In this document: piece after piece, positions 23,640 to 36,641 of the stretch
How positions within the stretch are numbered: position 1 is the first letter of the stretch
Layout: every line of letters starts with the position of its first letter
Origin: Octopus bimaculoides
Lineage: Eukaryota
Length of the DNA: 64,000 nt
Direction of reading: 5' to 3'
Assembly: GCF_001194135.2 (NCBI RefSeq)
Contig: NC_069000.1
Location: 21,506,931-21,570,930 of the forward strand
Program-made: the position numbers and the translations under genes
The notes under the pieces: model-generated
Database searches by the model: none
Seen by the model: only the letters and a program-made list of their open reading frames with translations
Told to the model about the DNA's origin: nothing

Positions 23640-24790
23640 TCAACTGGAGACATGCCTTTAACCCTTTCGATACCAACTTGTTTAAAACCACTCTTTGTAC
23701 TATAGCACAACCTTCCTATTTTAAAGTGATCAAAATCACATTGCATTCACAGCACATTTCACTACCATGTAGCATTATTGATCATATGCAAAAGCATCAT
23801 GCAATCTACCTTTCACTCAGAGAGAGGGAGGGAGGGAAAGAGAGAGAGACCTTTTGTTGGCAATGGAGGTGATAGCTCTCTAAACTTTGTTCATCCTATT
23901 CTTATTCTAGCAAGTACATTTTCTGAGCATTTGGAAAATCTATTCCCTGTATATCCTAAGTGTTTATTGCTCCTGCACGTCTTTCACATATACTACATTC
24001 TCCATTATCCTTCTTGTAATTCTGCTGCACCTCTTATGTGTCCACAGTTTGCACTTGGCACACCATATAGATACACCTTTCCTACATATCAAGCAGGGCC
24101 ATTTATCTGCGGAGAGTGGAGTCCTGTCTGCTTTCCTGTTTACTAGAACTTAGGTATTTGCTAAGTTAAATTAAGGTCTTTGATTTTAGGTTTTGCTTCC
24201 ACACCTGGAATTTCTTTTCTAATTCTATTATAGATTCTTCAGTGAGAACATGGTTATTAGGATACAATAGTTCCCAAGGGCAGCTGGTTTTAAATTCCTG
24301 TTATGGCTTGGATGTCAGTGATGAAGAGAAGAGTTCTGAGAACTAAGCCCTAGTGAACTCCTACCTGTATTCCTGGCTAACTGTTGCCTTACTGACAGTA
24401 TCCCTGTACATTCATCTACCCCTGTCCTTCTCAGAGACCACCAAATCGCAAAGCGGGAGACCCTGTTGAAGGCTTACTCCAGGTCAACAAATTGAACCTT
24501 ACTTTTAGTTTCATACTAAGAAGATAGTATCAGTAGTACCTTTCTTCAGCCCAAAACTAAACTGCATATCATCTTTTTCTAATTAGTTAGGCTATAACTC
24601 TCTCTCTCTAATCTTCACAACCTGGTCTAGCAAATTCATACCTCTGTAATTACTTCTATCTGAGGCATCTTTTTTACCTTTGTAACAGCTGGCTATAATA
24701 CTGCTACATTAGTCATTGGGTATGACATCTTCCTGTACAACCTGATTAACTGACCTGATCATAAATCAGTCAATTAGATTCTGTTTTTGT
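23640..24790 (-). mobile_element. Degenerate RTE LINE RT fragment
   Basis: Homologous to 2900-3700 (Cys-rich insert, WTHKRCS, LASTFSEH antisense signature, GVxQG-like region at about 24340-24380); many stops. Confidence 0.8.
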
Positions 24791-26169
24791 TATTTGACTT
24801 CAATTCCTTCCAGAATCTTTTTATTTGGTATTTTGCTTTGGGTGTTCTCAAAATTAATTTAGATTTAAGCCCTGGTCTGGCTTACTTTTCTTACTTTCTG
24901 ATTTGTGTCTACTTCTTGAATTTTCTGTTTAATATCTTTTACTTGTTTGGGGCTTTAATTGAATGGATTGACCTCAGTACTAATTTTTAAGTCTGTTACT
25001 TATTCTGTTGGTCCCTTTTACCAAATCATTAAGTTACAGGGAGGTAAGCAAACCAATACTGACTGTCAAGCGGTGGTGGGGGACAGACAGACACACACAC
25101 ACACACACACATTGGGTTTCTTTGAGTTTGGTCAGCCTGGGGCTGTAATAGAAGATACTTGCTCAAAGTGCTACTCAGTAGGATTGAATGCAGAATCATG
25201 TGGCAGGGAAGGATTTTTAACATAGACTCAAAGCCACATAATAGTGTGTGTGTGTAGGTGTGAAATCAATGAAATCATTGCCATTACTTGACAGTATTAT
25301 ATTTTATCTACCTAAAAAGTAGGAAAAGCTCTATTTATTCTGCAAATCTACTACCTTACAATTGGTTTCAGATTTTGATGCAAGGCCAGCAATTTTGGGA
25401 GGAAGTCAGTCAATTACATTGACACCACCCCCTACTGTGATGAACTAGTACTTATTTTATCAACCCTGAAAGGATGAAGGGGCATAGTCAACCTTGGCAG
25501 AATTTGAATTCAGAACGTAAAAACAGACAAAATGCCACTAAGTATTTTGTCTGGTGTGCTAATGATTCTGCAAGCTCAGTGCCTTCTACCACCCTATAAT
25601 TAATAATAATAAGTGGAGATGGTCGGCTCCATTGTAAAGGAGTATTTGCAGAGGCCAAAACCAATGCTGACAAGTCAGTGGGATTGTGACTGGGCACCTG
25701 GAGAGGCAGATTGATGCTGTCAGACAGTGTTGTTGGACACTGGACTGACGGACCAGTTAAATTGCTCAGGGTCTGGTTTGGTCCCAACTGCCAGGATAAG
25801 AATTAGGAAGAGGTAACAAAGAGGGTGGAAGTTGTCCCTGAAAGGTTGGGCAGTGATGGTGAATGCCTACATTGCCTCTATTGTTAATCATTTGACTGTT
25901 GTGCCTTGCCCCAGTTATTAGTTGGTTAGATTGGAGTGTATCCTGTTTATTTTCTTGTGGAAGGGACGCGTTCCAATAGTCAGGTGGTTGGTCTGCTGCT
26001 AACTTCCTCTGTATGGCAGCTTAGGCATGCTATGGCTTTTGATGCACTGACATGCAATCAAGTTGTGCTACTTGCAACAATTTTTAGAAGGTGAACGTGT
26101 GTGGGTTTCGTTTGTGAGATACCTTTCTACAGCTCATCTCCTTGACAGAACTGCAGTTCTGGGTTAAGG

Positions 26170-26630
26170 ATAGGCCAAGACTGGGCGCCTGGCACTTAGA
26201 ATGTCGTCAGGCGTTCACTGTCCTCTACATGTGAGGCAGTAGAATCGGTGGATGTTCCAGCACGTCAAAACTACCATCTGAACATGGTCAATGCCAAGCC
26301 TGTCTGAGTGGCTCCTGTGCCGGTGGCACATAAAAAGCACCATCCAAGCATGGCCGATGCCAATACCCCCTGATTGGCTCCTGTGCCAGTGGCACATAAA
26401 AAACACTATCTGAACATGAAAGATGCCAGTACCCCCTGACTGGCTCCCGTACCAGTGGCATGTAAAAAGCACTATCCGAATGTGATTGATGCCACGCCCG
26501 CCTGACTGGCCCCTGTAGAAACGTTGCCAGATCAGATTGGAGCCTGATGCAACCGCTTGCTCTTCAGACCTCAGTCAAACCGTCCAACCCATGCCAGCAT
26601 GGAAGACAGACGTGAAACGATGATGATGAT
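26170..26630 (+). mobile_element. RTE LINE 3' UTR copy with 3-4 tandem about 60-bp units and (GAT)n tail
   Basis: GTGCCGGTGGCACATAAAAAGCAC units; ends CCAACCCATGCCAGCATGGAAGACAGACGTGAAACGATGATGATG. Confidence 0.8.
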
Positions 26631-26639
26631 TAGTAGTAG

Positions 26640-27520
26640 GGAAGTGCGACAACGACCTTCAGGATGCCCGAGGCATTGACAAAGATGAACTGGCAAGTCT
26701 ATTCTGGAGGACTTTCTGGTCGGGGACTGTATGGATGATTTCTGGATGCCTTTGGCCTGACAGTGCTACCAGGGGGTGCTACCAGTTCAAGATAAACTCT
26801 ACAGACATGAATGTGCTGTCAGACAGGCTTGTCCAAGGTGCTCGCAGAGCGATGAAACCGTTCTGCATGCACTCATTCAGTGTCCGGGCATTGCTGATTT
26901 GTGGAGTTATGTCAAACAGCTGCTGTCGCATGTGGGACAGATCCATCTGTCAGCTGAGTCCATAATGATGATTGCCCTGCTGCCGTCCTTTAATTGGGCA
27001 AGCAAGGCAGTTTTCCTTTGTCTGGTGGATGAGGCTGAAAGGAATGAGGACAGAAACATTCCTCTTTGGTAAAGCCCTCTTGGACTTTTGCAAGTGAAAC
27101 TTGAAAAGGAAAGTGAGAGTGGAGAGGGAGGTGCTGTCCTCAAGTGAATTTATGAAAAGGTGGGTGAAGGTTGCAAAAATGTTAAGAGTGGATGGTACTA
27201 CTCTCAGTGTAGACCTGCGAGTTGGAAGAAAGGAGTTGGGGAGGACTCTTTGTCCTTGGTATTCAGGGTGATCTTAGATGGTGGGGTTTCTCGATTATCC
27301 CTAGAGGTCCTTCTGTATCAAGGGGACCCCATTACTATCACATTTTGTTTCTTCCCTCTTCTTCTAGTGTTGTACCCTTCTTCTAATGTATACTGTGTAT
27401 ACTTTTTATTTATTATTATTATTATTATTTTATCATTCCATCATATGTAAAACCCCACACTTTATGTCTGTCTCTGAATTGTTCTCTTTATCCTTTGACC
27501 TGGTGGCAAATAAAAGAAAT
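26640..27520 (+). mobile_element. Tx1/L1-clade LINE 3' end (zf-RVT region and 3' UTR)
   Basis: WQCYQGVLPVQDKLYRH...CPRCSQSDETVLHALIQCPGIADLW is the CxxC...ETxxHxxxxC zf-RVT motif; pyrimidine-rich 3' UTR; AATAAA at 27509. Confidence 0.82.
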
Positions 27521-27557
27521 CATTTTTTTATTGTTATTTTTGTTATTTCTTTTTCAG

Positions 27558-27656
27558 CTGCTGCAATTAGAACCAAAGACAAGATCTATGTTAACATCAA
27601 AGGACAGAAAGCCTGTTTTCGCCGCCTCAATGCAACTCATCAAATTGGGTGCTCCT
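27558..27656 (+). CDS. NCSTN: Nicastrin exon 2
   Basis: ttttcag| (T)AAIRTKDKIYVNIKGQKACFRRLNATHQIGCS |gtaagt; CFRRLNATHQIGC is the conserved nicastrin N-terminal motif; 99 nt, phase 1-1. Confidence 0.97.
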
Positions 27657-28981
27657 GTAAGTGATACAATAAACCTTTCAATTCTGTTTTACTTTGTAGG
27701 GTCTTTTTTGGTGGGGAGCCCTGACATGACTAGTTATTTGTACAGTAATGTGATCAAAGGTGTGGCTGTATAGCAAGAAGTCTGCTTCCCAACCACATGG
27801 TTCTGGGTTCATTCTCACTGCATGGCACCTTGGGCAAGTGTCTTCTGCTCGTGCCCTAGGCTGACTAAAGCCTTGTGAGTGGATTTGGCAGATGGAAACT
27901 AAAGGAAGCCTGATGTGTGTGTGTGTGTTTTGTGTTTGTACCTCATCACAAAGTAGCAGCTGGTGTTGGTTTGTTTACAGCAGTTCAGCAAAAAAAAAAA
28001 AAAAAAAAAAAACCTGATGGAAAATAAGTATTGGGATTGATTTCATTCATTCAACTAAAACCCTTCAAGGCAGTGCCCCTGCATGACTGAAAGTAAAAGA
28101 TGAAAGGTGAAGTTGAAAAGCTTTAGCTCTATGTTAGAGAAAGATATCTGCTTAAAGAATCTTAACTATAGTAATACTACTATTAATGTTGATTATAATG
28201 ATGTATATAATATTGTGTTCTATAATTTGTACCACGACTGTGGGTTCTGAATAAATATGTGTCTGTATGTGTAACTAAATTATAACTAGCTCTCTGTCTG
28301 TTACAACAGTGAGTCTTCCAGTTGATCTAATCAACTTCAAGGCGGTGAGCTGGCAGAAACGTTAGCACGCCGGGCAAAATGCTTAGCGGTATTTTGTCTG
28401 CCGCTACGTTCTGAGTTCAAATTCCGCCGAGGTCGACTTTGCCTTTCATCCTTTCGGAGTCGATTAAATAAGTACCAGTTACGTACTGGGGTCGATTTAA
28501 TCAACTTAATCCGTTTGTCTGTCCTTGTTTGTCCCCTCTGTGTGTAGCCCCTTGTGCGCAGTAAAGAAATAAGAACAGCCTGCTTGTAAAATTAACATGC
28601 ATGTGGCCAAGCACTCCACAAGTTCATACCCTTAATATAGTTCTTGGGAAGATTCAGCATGACACAGAGTGTGACAAGGCTGACCCTTTGAATTACAGGA
28701 GCAGCTCATGTTTATCAGCTAAGTAGACTCATGCAATATGAAATAAGTGTCTTGTTCAAGGACACATAGCTACTGCCAGGAATCACTCACAACCTTATGA
28801 TTGTGAGCTGAATACTCTAACCACTAAATGGCTGTGTGGTAAGTAGCTTGCTTACCAACCACTTGGTTCTGGGTTCAGTCCCACTGTGTAGCAGCTTGGG
28901 CAAGTATCTTCTACTATAGCCTCGGGCCGACCAAAGCCTTGTGAGTGGATTTGATAGATGGAAACTGAAAGAAGCCTGTTG

Positions 28982-29013
<32 letters not shown>

Positions 29014-29828
29014 CATATATGTATGTACATATATGGTTGTGTATCTGTATTTGTCCCCCCAACTTCGCTTGACAACTGATGCTGGTGTATTTGCGTTCCC
29101 GTAACTTAGCAGTTTGGCAAAAGAGACCGATAGAATAAGTACTAGGCTTACAAAGAATAAGTCCTGGGGTCGATTTGCTTGACTAAAGGTGGTGCTCCAG
29201 CATGGCCACAGTCAAATGATTGAAACAAATAAAAGAATAAAAGAATATATTTATGTATTTAAACTGATTGAGCTTGCTGTGAAATTAAGCTGAAGATAGC
29301 TTTTCAGCAGCTTGAAGTGAGTATGAGACTGACTGATTTCATTATTTAACAATTAGGTATACTAATGATTGCTCGACCATGTATTTTGTGCCATTATGCA
29401 GATGAGTTTTTATAAGGTACATATTTGTTTGTATATAAATAATTAACCTTTGGCTACTATCTTCAGCGGGAGAAGTGAATGGACCATGGTAATTTGTTAA
29501 ATAACAATGAAATTGAGTGGCCTGATGCACATTCTGTTATGCCAAAAAGACTCTTCTGAGCTTAATTTCACATAGCTACATACCTGTCTATGTCCATATA
29601 TTTATTTATAAACATAAAGGCAGCAATTCACGAGGCTCTGGCTGGTCCAAGGCTTTAACAAAAAGATACTTGCCTAAAGTGTCATACAGTGGGACTGAAC
29701 CTGAAACCATGTTGTTGGGAAAGTGAACTTCTTAACCACATATCTATGTCTGTGCCCTTGCCCTTTTATATATTATTTAATTCCAATATTAGCACTACTG
29801 ATTGATGTAATAACTTCTCTGATTTCAG

Positions 29829-29952
29829 CTGAAATGAATGGCAATGTAGGTGTTGTTCACTATGTGAAAGAGAAATCTGATAGCCAGTGGATACTCAAAG
29901 ATGGACCACATGCTCCATATGTGATGCTCATTGAAGCTGCTAATTTCAATCT
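29829..29952 (+). CDS. NCSTN: Nicastrin exon 3
   Basis: tttcag| (S)EMNGNVGVVHYVKEKSDSQWILKDGPHAPYVMLIEAANFN(L) |gtgagt; 124 nt, phase 1-2. Confidence 0.96.
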
Positions 29953-30879
29953 GTGAGTTTATTGACTTCATTATATATTTTCCTAATTACAAATAAATTA
30001 TAAACCTCTCTGATCAAGCAGATGTACAGTCAAAAGTATTCCAGCTATGACCATCCTGTCTTTTTACTAGTATCTTGGACTACATTATCTAACATGTTCT
30101 TAACTTTTTTATTCAGATAGTAGGTGTGATTTGAGGAAGATCTGGCTGTTATTTCTTGCAGGTTTAGTGTCCTCAAATATTGTTGAAGTAGCAGAAACAG
30201 CAGAGTAGTAGACTTCCAAATTCAAATAGCATAGAAGTATTTGCTTGCTTGCTTGCTTCATGCTCTTGCTTGATAGGCTTGGGGTTATCCTAGATTAGTG
30301 GCCCCAAAGACATGACATTATTATGTGCAGAGCCAACTAGATCCACCAGTGCTCTCCATTTTCAGAGGTCCCATACCAGCTCCTCTACATCCTAGTATGG
30401 AAGTTGACTCTGTATATCACCTCTCTAACCTCAATAAAATAACTACAATGTACTGGCATTGATTCAATCAATTATATCCCACCCTTGTAAATTTTGCAGC
30501 TTTTTGCCAAAGTAAGACAACCCAGCTGGTACTAGTGCCACATGAAAAGCACCCAGTACACTCTGTAAAGTGGTTGGTGTTAGGAAAGGCATTCAACCAT
30601 AGAAATCAAGCCAAAACAGATGAAGCGTGGTGCAGCGCTCCAGCTTGCCAGCATGGAAAACAGATGTTAAATGATGATGATGATGATGATGAAGAAATCA
30701 TCATTATTATTCATATCATTGTTGAGTGTTAGATGATGAAATACTCAGTAGTATTTGGTTACATCCCACTAAGGTTAACCATTACTCTTCTGGGGCTAAT
30801 AACATGAGTACCCAGTAGAGTACTATGGTCAGTATGATTGATTAGCCCCTTCTTTGAAACTTGTGGTCGTCAACCTAAG

Positions 30880-31800
30880 TTAGAAATTGTCAGAAATTAT
30901 TTTTATTAGAACAGTGAATCAGCAGAATAAACTGGTGCATCAGAAGAAATGCATTCTGGATCCGTATGTTTTTGTTCAAACTCTACCAAGATCAGCTTAG
31001 CTTTTCATGTTTTCAGAGTTGACAAAATACCAGTTAAGAACTGGAGTCTATGCAAACTGCTCTCCCACAACCCTGCCAATTTCTGGACATAAGTCTGTGC
31101 TAGAAACAATTATTATTATGGCAGTGAGCTGGCAGATTCATCAGCATGTTGGACAAAATATTTAGTGGCTTTTCTTCTGTTTCTTTACTTTCTGAGTTCA
31201 GATTTGCCATGGTTGACTTTCATTCTTTCGGTGTTTGATAAAATGAATACCAGTTGAACATAAGTCGATATAATCAACTTAGCTCTTTCCACTAAAATTG
31301 TTAGCCTTGCACCAAAATCTGAAACTGTAATTATTATTATTAGTATTAAAGGTGGCAAGCTAGTAGAATTGTTAGCACACCAGGCAAAATGCTTAGCAGC
31401 ATTTTGTCTGTCTTTATATTCTGAGTTCAAATTCTGCTCATTCTGACTTTGCCTTTCATCCTTTTGGAGTTGTTAAAATAAGTACCAGTTGAGCACTGGG
31501 GCCAATTTAATCAATTTATCCCCTCCCTAAAATTGCAGGCCTTGTGCCAAACTTTGAAACCGTTATTATTATTTTTAAGGTGGTGCGCTGACCAAATCGT
31601 TAGCATGCTGGGCAAAATGCTTAGTAGCATTTCATCTACCTCAAGATCAAATTCTGTCGAGGTCAGCTTTGCTTTTCATCCTTTCAGGGTCAGTAAATTA
31701 AAGTACCAGTAAAACACTGGAGTCAATGTAATCGACTAGTCCCCTCCCTTAAAATGTCAGGCTTTGTGTCTTTAGGAGAAAGGATTATTATTATTGTTGG
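30880..31800 (+). mobile_element. Four head-to-tail diverged SINE copies separated by (ATT)n
   Basis: Repeated GAGCTGGCAGA..GTTAGCA..GTTCAAAT..CTTTCATCCTTT..AAGTACCAG modules starting at about 30880, 31120, 31345 and 31575. Confidence 0.78.
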
Positions 31801-32442
31801 CGGCGTCCTCCTCCTTCTCCATCACCACCACCACCAACAACAACAAGTGGTGGAATGGCAGTAATTGAATGTCAGACTAGATGCTTTACAATATTTAGTT
31901 TTGCACCATTATATTTTGGGTTCAGAATCCACCAAAGTAAACTTTGGAATTTATCTCTAGGGAATGGTGACATATTCAAGTTAGATATTGGATATGATTA
32001 GGCTGACCTCGTGTCAGCATGAGAAATGATGACTGTTATTACAGTGGTATTCCTCATTAAAAAAAAATTACATGGGCATTACACATATTTATTTTGCCCA
32101 ATAAATCTGAGGCCTTGTATGCTATTTATGAACTTATTATCAAAATAGTGCAGGAGATGTTGATAGAGAAGAGCTTTGCTGTAACCAACACTCTGCTTTT
32201 CATCTCTCTACATGACAGTTATTATAGTGGTAAACCTCATTTAAAGAAATTGCATGGGCATTAAATGTATTTCTTTTGCTTAATAAATCTGAGGCCTTAT
32301 ATATTATTTACAAACCCATTAAAATAGTGCAGGTGTTGTTGATAGAGTTTTACTGTGATCTACCCAGCACTCTGCTTTTCATTTACTGATCTTTAGCTGA
32401 AGGGATCGATTAATTATATTATGATGACCATTTATTCTGCAG

Positions 32443-32570
32443 GCAGAACATCACTGAGTTGATTGACTCTGGAAGAGTTAATGGGATACTGGTCATAGAT
32501 GCCAATGGTGCATCACAGCTACCACCTGAGGGATTTTCTGCAGATAAATCTTGTCCAAATGATGGCTATG
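32443..32570 (+). CDS. NCSTN: Nicastrin exon 4
   Basis: ctgcag| QNITELIDSGRVNGILVIDANGASQLPPEGFSADKSCPNDGY(G) |gtaaga; the GFS...CPN motif is conserved; 128 nt, phase 2-1. Confidence 0.96.
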
Positions 32571-33911
32571 GTAAGAGCTATGCGTTTATTGCTTTCCTGT
32601 TCACACTTACAATATAGCAAGAAAGAAGGTTTGAGACCTGATATGGAAGATGTTCTGTCATTTTGGTTTTGTTTGTTTATGTGAGCAGGTTTCTAATTTG
32701 AAGTGTATTTCTAGGCTTAATGTAGATGCAGGTGCAACTGTGTGACAAGAATTTTGCTGCCCAACCACATGGGTCTGGGTTCAGTCTCACTGCTTAGTAC
32801 CTTGGGTAAATGTCTTCTACTCATTGATCATTGATTTTAGTGAGGAGAATAAAATCAGTGTCTGTCTTCCTCTTTCTCTAACTTATATGTATATATTTAT
32901 GTATCCATCTGTCCTTTCTTCCTCCACCTCTCTTTCCCCTCCTTTCCCTGCTTGCTTGGATTGGATGAATTTATTGATGCAGATTTGCTGTGGTTGGATG
33001 CACTTTCTGTCATCAACCTTTACCTGCTTCCAAGTAATGTAATATTTCTCCATAGGCAGTCATGTTTTCACAGAATATCACAAATGAATGACATTCATTT
33101 ACATTATGCAATATCAAGACAGGGAGACACAAACATATAGACACACACACTCATACATACATACATACAAGCAAGTACTTATATGATGGACTTCTTTCAG
33201 TTTTTGTCTACCAAATCCACTCACAAGGCTTTGGTTGCCCTAGTTGCTATAATAGAAGACATTTGCTCAAGGTGACACAAAACAGGACTGAACCCATGTT
33301 GAGAAGCAAATTTCTTACCACACAGTCATGCTTGCACCTATTTGCAGGGGTGTTTAGCTGTTATTTTTAGCACATTTCAGGATCACATCATACCATCCGC
33401 GTTTCTTTGTCACTGATGTGTTGATGTTTTTCAATATATTTCTCCCCATAAACATATTTAATGGTCTTTTACTGGGATTTAAGCAGAAAAATATTAAAAA
33501 AGTAAAGAAGAATAATTTTTTTTTCTATAGTCATATGAATTCCCATGTGTAGAACAAATTCACAACAATTTTCTGAAAATCCCCCCACACACATACATAC
33601 ACCAAGTTACATGGGATTATATGGCATGCTTAAAGTAGAATTCCACCAGTTTTTCAACCCAATATTTACGTGCTATTTATAGATTTATGTGTGTTTTGAG
33701 ATATACTATTCCAAAAATAAAAAAAAAATTAATGTTTCTGGTTCTCTTGAAAGTTTATAAAATTCTTATGATGCCAACAACTTGCAATTCTTGCTGGTGA
33801 GAATAACATTTCTAAAATGGGTCAAGAAATTCAAAGGATTTCTTTGAATAATATTTTTATTTGGATTTTTTCTCTTGCTTATCTCCTTTTTTTTAAAAAT
33901 AACTTTTGTAG

Positions 33912-34054
33912 GATTATACTGGAACAACACCATGTACAAAAATTGCAGAAGTGTCCAGTGGAATCCTCCAGGAAATGGTATGATGTTTCAGGACTTTAGC
34001 ATTCCTATTTTTTTATTGGACAGTCCCAAAGAAGTTGAGTACATTATTGAAAAA
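33912..34054 (+). CDS. NCSTN: Nicastrin exon 5
   Basis: ttgtag| LYWNNTMYKNCRSVQWNPPGNGMMFQDFSIPIFLLDSPKEVEYIIEK |gtaagt; WNPxGNG...DFxxPIFLL motif; 143 nt, phase 1-0. Confidence 0.97.
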
Positions 34055-34703
34055 GTAAGTAACATTTATTTGATTCTGTATAGTTTTTAAGTTATCAAAC
34101 TGCAAATCAAAATATCTGTACATTGACTCATGTTTATTTATGGGTGCAGCCATGGCTGTGTGGGTTTGCTTCTCAACCATATGGTTCTTAGTTCACTTTC
34201 ATTGCACACCACTTTGGGTAAGTGGGTCTTTTTTCTTCATGTTGACTAAAAGTTTTGTAAATGAAAATTGGTGTATGGGACATGTATAGAAACCTGTCAG
34301 TAATACTGTTCCTATTCTTGACTGCTTTGTCTCATACATTAAAGCCACCACCTGACCTTTGGGTGTATTTAGCAGAATTCAGTTTGTTGCAAACATTTGG
34401 CCAGATTTGCTTCCTTCCACCAGTTTCAGATGTTCTGGTATTCTCTTCTGAGAGAGAGACACAAACAGACAGACAGAAGCCTAATATGAGTGTTTTACCA
34501 TAACATGATTTTGGACTGCCAGGTTGCTATAGTACTGAGCAATGTGATTAAGTGTTTTTACCCTCTCATCATTAGTGTGTTGTACTTGTGGCTGAGTTTA
34601 TCTTTGCTCTAAACGGGTTGTTGTTGTTGTTGTTGCTTTCAAACCAACATATCTTGTTTTTTTTTGTTTTTTTTTAATATATGCCTTTCTGTTTCTAATT
34701 CAG

Positions 34704-34961
34704 TGTTATGAAAAATATAACGACCCTGAAAATAACACAGGATTGCAATACCCACTGTGTGCAGCTGAGCTGAAAGACTACATGAATGCTGCCAAAGATT
34801 CGATGACATGCATGCGACGTTCCAGCCACATAACATCTTTAACCACCAGCATATCGCAATACTGTGATCCACTCAGTAACAACAATGTTATTGGTTTTGT
34901 TAATCCAAAATCAGTTGATGACCAACTTGCAGAGAAGTCTGTTATTATTGCCGGATCCAGG
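34704..34961 (+). CDS. NCSTN: Nicastrin exon 6
   Basis: attcag| CYEKYNDPENNTGLQYPLCAAELKDYMNAAKDSMTCMRRSSHITSLTTSISQYCDPLSNNNVIGFVNPKSVDDQLAEKSVIIAGSR |gtagct; PLC, TCMRRS and CDPL motifs; 258 nt, phase 0-0; weak donor. Confidence 0.95.
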
Positions 34962-35932
34962 GTAGCTGTTTTAGCATTGTTTGTTGTTGTTATTTATTTG
35001 TTTATATTTTTACGTCTTTTCCTTTTATTAAATTAATTCATTTATTAAAACTTCCTTAAGCTGTTACATATGATCAAAAGTGTTCCACTCATAACCACCC
35101 CATCTTTTTTTGTATATCAGGAACCTGTCCACTGTGTGCTTCCTTTTTTTTTTCTAAGGTGCTAGGGTATGATTTCAGGAAGATTTGGCTACTACTTCTA
35201 GCAAATGAAGCAAGCATGTAACGGCTCCCTCATTGGTTCATTTCCTGATGAATGGGGAGAGCTGCTTGCGTTTAAAATGACTGTTCTGTTATACGACTAG
35301 TTGAGTGATGTACAGCTATCACTTGTACTGTATTATGTCCATGGACAAGACACTTTTAACAAGCAAATGAGGCTCAGCCTCTCCACCTCTAACTAGGTAC
35401 TGCAAGGTAGGAACAGTTCATTGCTGTTCACAATGGCAGCACAGGTAAATTTGGTAAGATCTTTGTTAGTTTGCAGTACTAAGCTCAAAACCTGTTGCTC
35501 TGGATATAACAAGTTGGAGTTGAATGTATTGGTGTGGGCTCTGCCAAGTTGTCATGCCGTAGAGATACTTCATTATAATGACACTCCAGGAAATACAGGG
35601 AAAAGGGGAGACGATTTGGTGAAGTGACCACAGCTAGTTTTCAATTTGGAATCATTGCAAATTTGTGACTGGTTAGAGAGAGAAAACATGAAGGTAGTAA
35701 TATGGGGATGAGTCAAGTTTTATTTCTTTTTGGTAAGCAAAAGTTTAAAAAAAAAAAGCACGAAGGATGTAAATTTGTTAAAATTTAAATTAAAGCTTAT
35801 TCCTGATTTAGAGATGTTGTTAATGAATTGACTTGACACTATCAGGGCTTCACTCCCACTTTGTGGTTAGTTATAGGTAGGTTATCCATGCAGATGTAAA
35901 AGCAATTTTTCCAACACAACTTATGGTTAAAA

Positions 35933-36244
35933 CAGTGTTTCCTCACCTATTTTTCCCCCAGGCCCCACTATAGCTTTCCAGAAAAATGTCTGCCCCACCG
36001 GTGAAATATCCTTAAAGAAATATCCACACTAGGGCACTAGACTAGTGCTATACTGTAGCTAATAATCTTCACATAGTATGCTTGGCTGGAGGGATTGGTT
36101 TGGCTAGGTTGAGTATAGATGTAGTATATTTGCTGTGAAAAAAAGATTTTCACAATTCCATATTTTACTAAGAAAAAAGAAGAAAAATATTTTAGATCCC
36201 ACACCCCACCACAATTTACCAAGGCCCAACGTTGGGAATCACTG
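35933..36244. mobile_element. hAT-type MITE
   Basis: TIRs CAGTGTTTCCTCAC / GTTGGGAATCACTG; 8-bp TSD GGTTAAAA / GGTTAGAA. Confidence 0.82.
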
Positions 36245-36479
36245 GGTTAGAAGAGTGGACAAAACAAAAGGTCTCTATGGGTATTTTGTTCTTTGTTTTT
36301 GTTTTTTTTTTAGTCTTCTCTTTCTTGGGATTCATGCTACTAATCTAATGACTTGCTTCTTGCTGGCTTATAGCTTCTTTTAACATGAACACAGGTGTTC
36401 TTGTCAAGACAAGTGCTGCTTCATTTAATCTGCTTGTGTAGAAGTCTATTGTTAATTATGTGTATTATCCTCTCTCTAG

Positions 36480-36641
36480 ATGGATTACATGAATATGTTT
36501 GAGAATGTAAATAATAGTGCTGACAATCCAATCACCAGCATTGTGGCTCTTTTGTCTGCCGCTGAAGCCATTGGAAGATTTAAAGAAGACTTTATCAATT
36601 CACAAGAGAACAAGACCATCCTGTTTGCACTTTTCCAAGGG
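36480..36641 (+). CDS. NCSTN: Nicastrin exon 7
   Basis: ctctag| MDYMNMFENVNNSADNPITSIVALLSAAEAIGRFKEDFINSQENKTILFALFQG |gtaagt; 162 nt, phase 0-0. Confidence 0.96.
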
